From a virus (taxonomy: Duplodnaviria > Heunggongvirae > Uroviricota > Caudoviricetes): 13,740 nucleotides of DNA. Position 1 is the first letter of the stretch. Every line of letters begins with the position of its first letter. This document shows, piece by piece, positions 6,363 to 13,740 of this stretch. The notes beneath the pieces were generated by a model. That model had not been told where the DNA came from. It did no database searches and saw only the letters and a list, made by a program, of their open reading frames with translations. A program made the translations under genes and the position numbers. Where the stretch lies: positions 1-13,740 of the IMG/VR virus record IMGVR_UViG_2695420746_000009. One strand, given 5' to 3'.

Positions 6363-6566
6363 CTATACCCAAATTTTCTGTTGATATGTTCTGGATGGTT
6401 TTGGCGTTCTTTCTGATTCAGGTAAATGAACATAAACGCAATATCCATCACCTAAAAAATCAGAACGAACAACCAGAACTTTCTTACCACGCCGCCGATA
6501 AGTATCTGAAAGACGCTCTGCTTCATCATGCGTCATCGGCCCCTGCTTAAATGGCGTTATTTTCAT
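6363..6566 (-). CDS. Hypothetical small basic protein
   Basis: 67 aa from the ATG (MKITPFKQ...). The 18-bp palindrome lies 6 nt upstream of the start; no clear SD. The ORF-track start at 6590 is a GTG inside the palindrome. Confidence 0.5.
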   Translation of the reverse strand: MKITPFKQGPMTHDEAERLSDTYRRRGKKVLVVRSDFLGDGYCVYVHLPESERTPKPSRTYQQKIWV

Positions 6567-6867
6567 TTTCTTGTGCGACCGCGGTCGCACCCTCGCTGAT
6601 TTCCAAGTAACGCTTAATCCAAAGATTTTCTATATGCTTATTACCTGGCTGATTTGATAAATACCAATCGGCAATTACAGACTGCTTATTACTATCTGGT
6701 CGTGTCCTGTAACCACAAGTTGGACACCAGATAACATATTCATTTCTTACCCCCGAATACCTTAATTCTGGCTTCGACGGTTTCCTGAACATAACTTGTT
6801 TACAAAGGCAGAATGGCACTTCCTGCCCGATGGCGTTTGATGATTTCACTGCGCTTCTCCGCCGCAT
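6547..6867 (-). CDS. Hypothetical protein with Cys pairs (CxC ... CPxCG), possible zinc ribbon
   Basis: 106 aa as given in the ORF track; start uncertain (no SD at either candidate ATG, and it overlaps the upstream gene by 68 nt if full length). Cys pattern CLC ... CPTCG. Confidence 0.4.
   Translation of the reverse strand: MRRRSAVKSSNAIGQEVPFCLCKQVMFRKPSKPELRYSGVRNEYVIWCPTCGYRTRPDSNKQSVIADWYLSNQPGNKHIENLWIKRYLEISEGATAVAQENENNAI
6573..6590. repeat. Perfect 18-bp palindrome GTGCGACCGCGGTCGCAC; copy 2 of TGCGACC-NN-GGTCGCA motif
   Basis: Read directly. Lies within the 3' end of ORF 6547-6867 (encoding ATAVAQ) and immediately upstream of the start of the 6363-6566 gene. Confidence 0.5.
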
Positions 6868-7510
6868 TTAATAATGCGGTTCGATTTAAGCTCAGACATC
6901 GCGACTTAATTAAAAGCCAGCGTTCTTTATAATCTTGTCTCCAGCTATCAATAGATATATTCAGTAGAAAACTCAGATGCCTGTCCTGTTCTCTCTCATC
7001 AACTGCCTCAGCACACGTAAGTTCTGATTTAACCTGCTGTGCCGCGTAATAAATCAATTTCCGCATGGCTTTTTTCGTGGAGGCCTTCATTTTTTTAAAG
7101 CCGCCCCCAGAATGAGCAACCAGAAAATCAAGCCATAACCACTGACAAACAATCACATCATTGTTGTAGTCAGGCTTGCATCCGTAGCAATAATAAAGCC
7201 AGGCTGATTCCTCGTTATTCAACTGACCAATAGCCCTGCGCCAGCTGGCGCTCTGAAAATCAATATCAGTGAGCAACATTGATGATTGTTTAAATGTTTT
7301 CCCTTGGTGGAATCTAACCGACTCAGCGGGAACGGACACTTCGTATGAGTTATCATCCCCCACACTGATTGACCGGACTGGTTTATTGTTAAACCGTCCT
7401 GATCTACCGAGACGCATCTGCTCAAGCTGGACCTCCAGAATGCCACGCTGGCGATAATGAACATCAGCCAATGCCGTAGAGACGCAGCTGCGTATATACT
7501 CAAGCTCCAC
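6800..7510 (-). CDS. Hypothetical protein; positional candidate for a late-gene antiterminator (Q-like), unverified
   Basis: 236 aa. GTG start with SD AGGAGA at 9-nt spacing, overlapping the cro-like stop by 11 nt. First gene after the cro-like gene. I cannot confirm Q-family membership by eye. Confidence 0.55.
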   Translation of the reverse strand: MELEYIRSCVSTALADVHYRQRGILEVQLEQMRLGRSGRFNNKPVRSISVGDDNSYEVSVPAESVRFHQGKTFKQSSMLLTDIDFQSASWRRAIGQLNNEESAWLYYCYGCKPDYNNDVIVCQWLWLDFLVAHSGGGFKKMKASTKKAMRKLIYYAAQQVKSELTCAEAVDEREQDRHLSFLLNISIDSWRQDYKERWLLIKSRCLSLNRTALLNAAEKRSEIIKRHRAGSAILPL

Positions 7511-7721
7511 GCTTACGACTCTCCTTAATCGACTGCTTTACCCGCCGAGTTGTAAAGTCACTCTTCAGCTTGTAAGCAGTACGAACTTCAATATCGCTTT
7601 GCCGCAATGAAGGAATCTCTCCAGCGGTTAACCATTGGTAAACAGCTCCGGGTGTTACACCTACCCCTGCCGCTGCTTTTTCAACACTGCCAAAGTGGCG
7701 AATAAGTTCTTCTGGTTTCAT
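7500..7721 (-). CDS. Cro-like HTH regulator
   Basis: 73 aa from the ATG giving MKPEELIRHF. HTH VGVTPGAVYQWLTAGEIP resembles the lambda Cro GVYQSAINKAI region. Divergent from the CI-like gene across an operator-bearing intergenic region. TATAAT lies 7 nt upstream of the ATG, so the mRNA may be leaderless. Confidence 0.7.
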   Translation of the reverse strand: MKPEELIRHFGSVEKAAAGVGVTPGAVYQWLTAGEIPSLRQSDIEVRTAYKLKSDFTTRRVKQSIKESRKRGA

Positions 7722-7749
7722 GTTGTTATTATAAACAATAAATAACAAT

Positions 7750-7789
7750 TAAAGCCAGCTATAATAAATAAATTTTATAGCCAGCTATA
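7750..7789. promoter_or_regulatory. Two operator-like 14-bp sites (TAAAGCCAGCTATA and TATAGCCAGCTATA) between the divergent cro-like and cI-like genes
   Basis: The 12-mer AGCCAGCTATAA occurs twice, 26 bp apart. The second site is a near-perfect dyad (TATAGC-CA-GCTATA). The location is the expected OR-like switch region. Confidence 0.5.
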
Positions 7790-7812
7790 AGAAGATCATT
7801 TATGATTACAGT

Positions 7813-8409
7813 ATGAAAACACGAGGCGAACGACTGAAAGCACGCCGTTTAGAGATGAAGCTGACGTTGCGAGAAGTTGCTGAGGCTGTCGATATCTCTA
7901 TAGCAGGCGTCCAAAACTTAGAACGTGGCGACGTAATGCCGTCACTGGAGATAGGTATTGCCCTGGCTAAGTGCTTACGCAAGCCAGTGCATTGGGTGCT
8001 ATATGGGACAGAATATGACCCTGATCGCATTCCTGTTATTGGCACAACTGAAAGTGGGCCTGATGAAGAGTGGAAGCCGGGACAGGTTCCAAATACTGAG
8101 CGATTCCTGCCATTCATCAGCCAGCGCAATACTGTGTATGCGTTAACTATCAGCAATCTTACGCAGGGAAACTATCAGCCAGGCGATTTTCTCCTGGTCG
8201 ATTCTGCGCTGGAACTGGTCCCCGGCGAGGATGTTCTGGTTCGTGATACTGCAGGAAATATCACTATCCAGCGCCTAGCCCGTTTTGATGATGAAAATTA
8301 CTATCTGGATGGAACAAACTCACAACGCGCCATCTTCAGGAAAAGCGATCTTGAATTTGTTCACCAAATAGTCGGAACGATCAAATCATTCATGGTTGAG
8401 GGTAGATGA
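7813..8409 (+). CDS. CI-like prophage repressor (N-terminal XRE HTH, C-terminal CI/LexA-like domain)
   Basis: 198 aa. HTH LTLREVAEAVDISIAGVQNLERG. C-terminal region resembles lambda CI around PGDF (QPGDFLLVDS ... VGTIKS). I could not locate a canonical G-D-S-M catalytic Ser context by eye, so autocleavage competence is uncertain. Confidence 0.8.
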   Translation: MKTRGERLKARRLEMKLTLREVAEAVDISIAGVQNLERGDVMPSLEIGIALAKCLRKPVHWVLYGTEYDPDRIPVIGTTESGPDEEWKPGQVPNTERFLPFISQRNTVYALTISNLTQGNYQPGDFLLVDSALELVPGEDVLVRDTAGNITIQRLARFDDENYYLDGTNSQRAIFRKSDLEFVHQIVGTIKSFMVEGR

Positions 8410-8510
8410 CTTAATACGGGGTTTATTGTTTGCTGTAAATCTGGTTTAATGCAGGGCATATGTTCTGTGGGTTGACTCAGGTTACAGCAGCAGAAAAAAG
8501 ACGAAAAAAA

Positions 8511-8539
8511 ACCCGAGTCGGCAAACTCGGGTCCTTTTC
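8511..8539. terminator. Bidirectional intrinsic terminator between the cI-like and repA-like genes
   Basis: ACCCGAGT-CGGCAA-ACTCGGGT, an 8-bp stem. The plus-strand U-tract is weak (CCUUUUC); the minus-strand U-tract is strong (UUUUUUUUCGUCUUUUUUC). Confidence 0.5.
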
Positions 8540-8654
8540 AGGAAGCAGCCACAGTAACGCGACGGATTCCGTCAATTCAAGATGCGTTTATTGTGGCTGC
8601 TCCTGCGGATTTTTTCAACCCGAAAAAACATAATTCGCATGGAATGGCTAAAAA

Positions 8655-11600
8655 ATGACATTAAACGATTTCTATGCGGATCGCTTTGGCAGCGATCCGT
8701 TCTCGCTAATTGAAGCAGCACGGGATGAACTAACCGAGCTGGCACAGATGGCTGGTATCAACTGGCCTGCCTGTTCCGACAACATCCAACTCAACCCTCG
8801 CGGGGGAGTTGAGCGTTACTCTTCATACAATAAAACATCTCCAGAAGCTCTCGAAAAGAGCCTGAAAGGACGCGTAGAAATTTACTCCCGGCTGGAACAC
8901 AGCAAAGGGATTGATTACCCGTTCATTAACTTCGTCCATAAAGGCAGCGATGCTGGCTCATGGAGCGGTTTCTCCTTCCTGTTTTCTGAATATCGCCGTG
9001 AGCAACAACGGAATAATGCGACCGTGGTCGCACAACCGGAAGAAGAACGGGAAAGAATAGAACGTCAGGCCGAAGCACGTCGTCGCCGTGAAGAACAAAA
9101 ACGAATTAATGACCTGAAAAACAACCAAATGGACCATGAACGTTTGCTGGGATGGCTGGCATTCCACAGCGCGTGGGAACATGCTCCGGCTGAAGACGGC
9201 TCATGGCCATATGCGATTAAAAAAGGTATTCGTGACGTTTTTAGTTCATGTGATGTGCGTCGCGTGACCAGTCACGACAGTGCGAAATGGAGCCGGGGGC
9301 CAACCACATATATGGCTATCCCTCTGGCTCACCTGGACGGTCGTTACGATGGTCGTATTGTGGGTTGGCAGCGAATCGACAAACAAGGTGGGAAATACCA
9401 GACCAGCGCAGTAACCAGCGGCGATTTCGTCGGTGCCTGCTTTGTTATCGGTGAGCTGAAAGGGGCGCAAAACATCGCTGTTACAGAAGGTTTTGCTACT
9501 GGTGCATCCATCTGGCTTGCCACGAAAAAAGATAAACGCTTTGACGCTGTGGTTGTCGCTGTATCCGCTAACAACATGGTTCATGTTGTGGAACAACTGG
9601 TAAACATGTACCCAGCGGCAAAAATCACCTGCGCACTGGATAATGACCGGAAATCTGCCACAGAAGGAAAAGGGAATACCGGCCTGCGGACTGGCTATGA
9701 AATCTTATCGAAATTCAACGATGTCCGCTGCGTCTATCCAACTTTTGAAGACGATCCGCAAATGGAGTGCAGTGACTTCAACGACCTGCACAAACTACGT
9801 GGACTTCGTGAAACCGCACGTCAACTATTTACAACAGCAAACCGCCTGAAAACCGGTACTGATTTGCTATCTCTGACGCTCAACCGCCTGAAGACAATTA
9901 AGCGGGATAACCGTCGTACTTTTGCCAAAGAGCTGCTGAGAGCGGTGGATATTGGCATGCTAACCTGTCCAGTTCCTAACAGTCCGTCAGATTTATTTAA
10001 CATGTTCTGCATCGTTCTGCGTGAAATGGGACTGGAAAATATCTATCGCGCTACGGTAAAAGACCACATTGCCCGTCGCCTGAATAAAAAGTGCCGTATT
10101 GCCCAGGCTCCGCGCTCTTTCAGCGAACGCATAACTGATCCCAATAAACGCCCTCAACATATCACCTATAAGCGTTTTGAAACTTCGGTAATGACCGATG
10201 ATGTCCTGAAGTACGTGCAATCACTACAAGGGATAGTCATCGTCCGTGCTGGTATGGGTTCCGGCAAATCTACAGGATTGTTACGACCATTAATGCATAG
10301 CTCAGAACGTGGTATCTCTGTTGCTCACCGTGTCTCCCTTATTGGTGGCCTGTGGGAAATGATGACAGAAGGAAAAGGTGTAAAAGCCGATATCCTGCAC
10401 TATCAGGACCCTGGCTATCAGGAAATGGCTCCATACGCCAGTAAACTGACCATCTGCATAAACTCGATTGTCAAAAACTGCTGGCAACCGTTGATGCGCC
10501 AGCACGACTATTTTGGCTTTGACGAGGCCACACAAGGGCTACGTGCCGTTCTTTCCGGTCGGGCTATGGAAAACCCGGTGGCTGTATTCAATACGCTAAT
10601 TGACGCGCTGGCCAGAACGGAACAACACCCAATCATGGTGGATGCTGATGCGAACGATCTGCTGGTTGACCTAGCTGAACTGGCTATGAAACGCCGTGAA
10701 GAACTAGGTTTACCGGCATGGCTGCAGATCCACGTAATTGAATTACCTGTTGATGTTCGCAACCGCGAAACAGGTGAGCCAATCCGGGTTTTTTATACAG
10801 AAAAAGATCGCATCATGACCGAGGTGGTGAAAGCTGTATCGGATGGCGAAAAAATCATGTTGGCCACCGACAGCTCCACCTTTGCAGAAGATGTGACAGC
10901 CACCCTGAGAATGCATTTTCCTGGTAAGAAATTTCTGTGTGTAAACCAGAAAAACAAACCAGAGCCAGAAGTTGAAGCATTTACCAATCAACCGAAAAAG
11001 ATGGTCAAAAAATACGACGGCCTGATTTATAGCCCGTCTATTTCATCCGGCGTGTCGATTGAGCAAAAACATTTTGACCGTCATTTCGGCATGTTCTGTG
11101 GTGAAGTTGTACCCAGCGACGCAGTGCAAATGCTACGCCGCGACCGTACAGCAAAAGAATTTATTATCGGCTTTGATAAAGCTCGTGCAAAACGTGAAAC
11201 TGACCCGCAAAAAATAGAACGAGCATTCGCCCAGGCATTGCTTGCTACCGCAGGTATGAACGGTGAACTGACGGATGTTGTTTTCGATGGCGACCGTATA
11301 TCAATGGGGGTGGCCAATACCGACTTTACCAGGATGAAAATTAAAGCAGCCGCAATTGAAGCGACTGCGCGTAACGACTACGCCAGCAACATGATCTGCA
11401 TCATGCACAGCGACGGTTATAAGGTATCGCCGCTGGCCACCGATTATGCTGCGAATGATATCGGTAAAGATCTGCGTAAAGAAGCGCGGGATATTGTGTG
11501 GGAACAGACACTGGATCTGCACCTCAATACAGAAACTCCACAAGAATCAGAGCGTGAAGAACTGCTAAAAAAACGCGCGCTGACGCTTGAAGAACAGGCA

Positions 11601-12698
11601 AAACTTGTCCGCTGGGATATTGAAAACGAACTGAAACTACCGGTTGAAGAAGGCACGCTGAAATTCTATTTCGATGGTGCTCGAGACAAAGTTCGCCGCT
11701 ATGAAACAATGCTTTTAGATGAGGTAACAGCTCGTCGTTACGACCGGGAAGAAGCAGCCATCAATTTTACCTACGCATACCGTCAGGCGGGACAGTGGCA
11801 ATATTTTGTAGTGACCGCGATGACTCGCGAGCAGGCTGATGATGTCTTTAAAACTAAATTCCCTGGAATAATCGATCACAAGGTAAAAGCTACTCCTACT
11901 GTTGAAGTCGGGGCGCGCGGTTTCTATGCGCTTAAATCAGCAACTCTCCGGCAGTACTTTATCGACTGCGGTATCAACCCTGAGACTATGACCGGCGAGG
12001 CGACTCAGGAGCGTCTCAAATTTGCTCGAGATAACCTCATGACAGCCGAACGCCGTGACCTGTTGAATAACGTTCTGCACATTGGTGGTTTTATGACGCC
12101 AAAAGGGAAGCCTAAAGTGCCGGAAGCGTTGTTTAAAAACATTTGCGACTCTCTTGGCCTTAAAACAGGTAAACGTCGCGGCAGAGACGGCGATAAGCGT
12201 CCAACCTTGCGTTTTGTTGAGCCTGAATCAGCGGCATTTATGCTGGATATTCTTGCTCAGCGTCAGAAAGATGGCCTAACCCTGAAAACGCGTAAAGCCG
12301 AGAAGACCGCCATCGAAATGGATCGCGATTTGGATCTCAATATATATATGGATGATAAAACGCGATCCACAAACGAGCAGGTTCAAAACGCCCCTCATTC
12401 AGTAATTTCTGAGGCTTTGGCTGTGTTGCCAGTGGTTGTACCTGAGTCCTGGGCGATGAGTGCGCTTTCCGGTGAGGAGCTGGCCACTATGTCATCATGG
12501 TCATCAGCCAGCATAGCTATGACGTTTGCATCTCTGTACCTCACAGAGTTCATGGATCACTTATCCAGCAATGAACTGCGGCGGTTACGTGAATACATTA
12601 CCGGGAATAGCTGGATTTGCCCCTATATTTCCAGACATCTGTTATCACTTAACCCATTACAAGCCCGCTGCCGCAGATATTCCCGTGGCGAGCGATAA
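8655..12698 (+). CDS. Large multidomain replication initiator (primase-helicase, N15 RepA-like); 3' end disrupted by IS2
   Basis: 1347 codons as an ORF. Toprim-like motifs ([12 protein letters not shown] and CALDNDR) around aa 280-330, Walker A GMGSGKST around aa 535, Walker B-like FGFDEAT, then a roughly 700-aa C-terminal region. Native sequence ends at 12611 (1319 codons); codons 1320-1347 are read from the IS2 terminal inverted repeat. Weak SD. Confidence 0.8.
9017..9034. repeat. Palindrome TGCGACC-GT-GGTCGCA; copy 3 of the motif, inside the repA-like coding sequence
   Basis: Read directly. Encodes ATVVAQ in a charged linker ([21 protein letters not shown]), in the same codon phase as copy 2 (ATAVAQ). 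Confidence 0.5.
12320..12368. other. Candidate origin-like element inside the 3' part of the repA-like gene
   Basis: 8-bp inverted repeats GGATCGCG / CGCGATCC flank ATTTGGATCTCAATATATATATGGATGATAAAA, which includes an (AT)5 run and three GATC sites within 49 bp. Confidence 0.3.
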
Positions 12699-13528
12699 CC
12701 CAGCGCACTATGCGGATGCCATTCGTTATAATGCTCGAACGCCTCTGCAAGGTTCTTTGCTGCCGTTAACCCGTCTGGTTTGGGCATGATACTGATGTAG
12801 TCACGCTTTATCGTTTTCACGAAGCTCTCTGCTATTCCGTTACTCTCCGGACTCCGCACCGCCGTGTTCTTCGGTTCAAGTCCCAACATCCGGGCGAACT
12901 GGCGTGTTTCATTAGCCCGGTAGCATGAACCATTATCCGTCAGCCACTCCACTGGAGACGACGGAAGATCGTTGCCGAAGCGGCGTTCCACCGCTCCCAG
13001 CATGACGTCCTGTACTGTTTCACTGTTGAAGCCGCCGGTAGTCACCGCCCAGTGCAGTGCCTCACGATCACAGCAGTCCAGCGCGAACGTGACACGCAGT
13101 CTCTCTCCGTTATCACAGCAGAACTCGAACCCGTCAGAGCACCATCGCTGATTGCTTTCTTTCACGGCCACTCTGCCTGTATGTGCCCGTTTCGATGGCG
13201 GTACAGCAGGTTTTCGCTCAAGCAACAGCGCATTCTGGCGCATGATCCGGTAAACACGTTTGGCATTGATCGCAGGCATACCATCAAGTTCTGCCTGTCT
13301 GCGAAGCAGCGCCCATACCCGACGATAACCATACGTGGGCAGCTCTCCGATAACATGGTGTATACGGAGAAGCACATCCGTATCATCAGTGTGACGACTG
13401 CGGCGGCCATCCATCCAGTCATCGGTTCGTCTGAGAATGACGTGCAACTGCGCACGCGACACCCGGAGACAACGGCTGACTAAGCTTACTCCCCATCCCC
13501 GGGCAATAAGGGCGCGTGCGCTATCCAC
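12623..13528 (-). CDS. insD: IS2 transposase OrfB (InsD), normally expressed as an OrfAB fusion by -1 frameshift
   Basis: 301 aa beginning [23 protein letters not shown] and ending SDNRCLEI, matching IS2 InsD from memory. DDE-type integrase core. Confidence 0.9.
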
Positions 13529-13740
13529 TTTTTTGCCCGTCCATATTCAACGGCTTCTTTGAGGAGTTCATTTTCCATCGTTTTCTTGCCGAGCAGGCGC
13601 TGGAGTTCTTTAATCTGCTTCATGGCGGCAGCAAGTTCAGAGGCAGGAACAACCTGTTCTCCGGCGGCGACAGCAGTAAGACTTCCTTCCTGGTATTGCT
13701 TACGCCAGAGAAATAACTGGCTGGCTGCTACACCATGTTG
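13486..13740 (-). CDS. insC: IS2 OrfA (InsC), C-terminal part (5' end beyond the window)
   Basis: Reverse strand reads ...[20 protein letters not shown] ... [24 protein letters not shown], then a stop. Overlaps the insD start region, which contains the slippery AAAAAAG. Confidence 0.85.

Larger units (their letters stand above)
12612..13740 (-). mobile_element. IS2 (IS3 family), partial; continues beyond the window end
   Basis: Reverse complement of 12612-12652 is TTAAGTGATAACAGATGTCTGGAAATATAGGGGCAAATCCA, matching the IS2 terminal inverted repeat as I recall it. Contains insD and the 3' part of insC with the A6G frameshift site (AAAAAAG). Confidence 0.9.

Noticed and set aside
6800-7510. 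Confident identification of this ORF as a Q antiterminator
   Set aside because: Only the position after the cro-like gene supports it. I could not recognise Q-family motifs by eye, and it lies 4.5 kb from the late terminator, so it is kept as a hypothetical protein with a positional note.
7722-7748. Upstream extension of the cro-like ORF (MLFIVYNNN)
   Set aside because: It begins at a TTG within the operator region. The ATG at 7721 gives a typical Cro-sized protein.
566-8156. Short ORFs overlapping well-supported genes on the opposite strand or in another frame (566-778, 1712-2002, 2909-3097, 3187-3450, 4178-4435, 4809-5024, 4927-5151, 5146-5364, 5508-5765, 5972-6196, 7219-7503, 7269-7457, 7806-8156, 7958-8146)
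   Set aside because: Each is fully contained in or antisense to a gene with motif or RBS support and lacks its own translation signals.
8958-11709. Numerous 60-116 aa minus-strand ORFs inside the repA-like gene (8958-9182, 9246-9596, 9344-9577, 9821-10012, 9993-10220, 10302-10535, 10508-10762, 10743-10991, 10793-10987, 11081-11317, 11301-11543, 11444-11656, 11524-11709) and the plus-strand 9643-9849
   Set aside because: They lie antisense to, or out of frame within, a long ORF with clear primase and helicase motifs. They have no start signals and low-complexity translations, so they are spurious.
12526-13716. ORFs 12526-12789, 13052-13483, 13162-13455 and 13516-13716 within IS2
   Set aside because: They are antisense or out of frame to the IS2 insC/insD genes and are not real genes.
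1-13740. CRISPR arrays, tRNA or rRNA genes
   Set aside because: No regularly spaced direct repeats and no tRNA-like or rRNA-like sequence noticed on reading the window.

Overview
This window looks like the immunity / replication / late-lysis segment of a temperate phage, most plausibly an N15-type phage-plasmid, with an IS2 inserted at its right edge. All calls are from reading the sequence and ORF track by eye; no searches were run. Left to right: a lambda-type lysis cassette on the minus strand (Rz N-terminus, P21-like SAR endolysin, dual-start pinholin), preceded by a DNA N6-adenine methyltransferase in the late-moron position and a promoter/terminator module. Then comes a small accessory island (two coupled small genes, a HigB/Gp49-like toxin with HTH antitoxin, and a small acidic ORF behind a consensus LexA box). 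Next is a translationally coupled minus-strand operon (zinc-binding ARM protein, coiled-coil protein, small membrane protein, HTH protein, DEDDh exonuclease, small ORFs), then a divergent Cro-like / CI-like switch with repeated operators. The CI-like gene is followed by a 1347-codon primase-helicase ORF (Toprim, Walker A/B) that I read as an N15 RepA-like initiator; its last 28 codons are IS2 sequence. The most interesting unexplained signal is a palindrome, TGCGACC-NN-GGTCGCA, present three times (two copies inside coding sequence), which resembles a dispersed ParB/SopB-type centromere site. No rRNA, tRNA or CRISPR array was seen.
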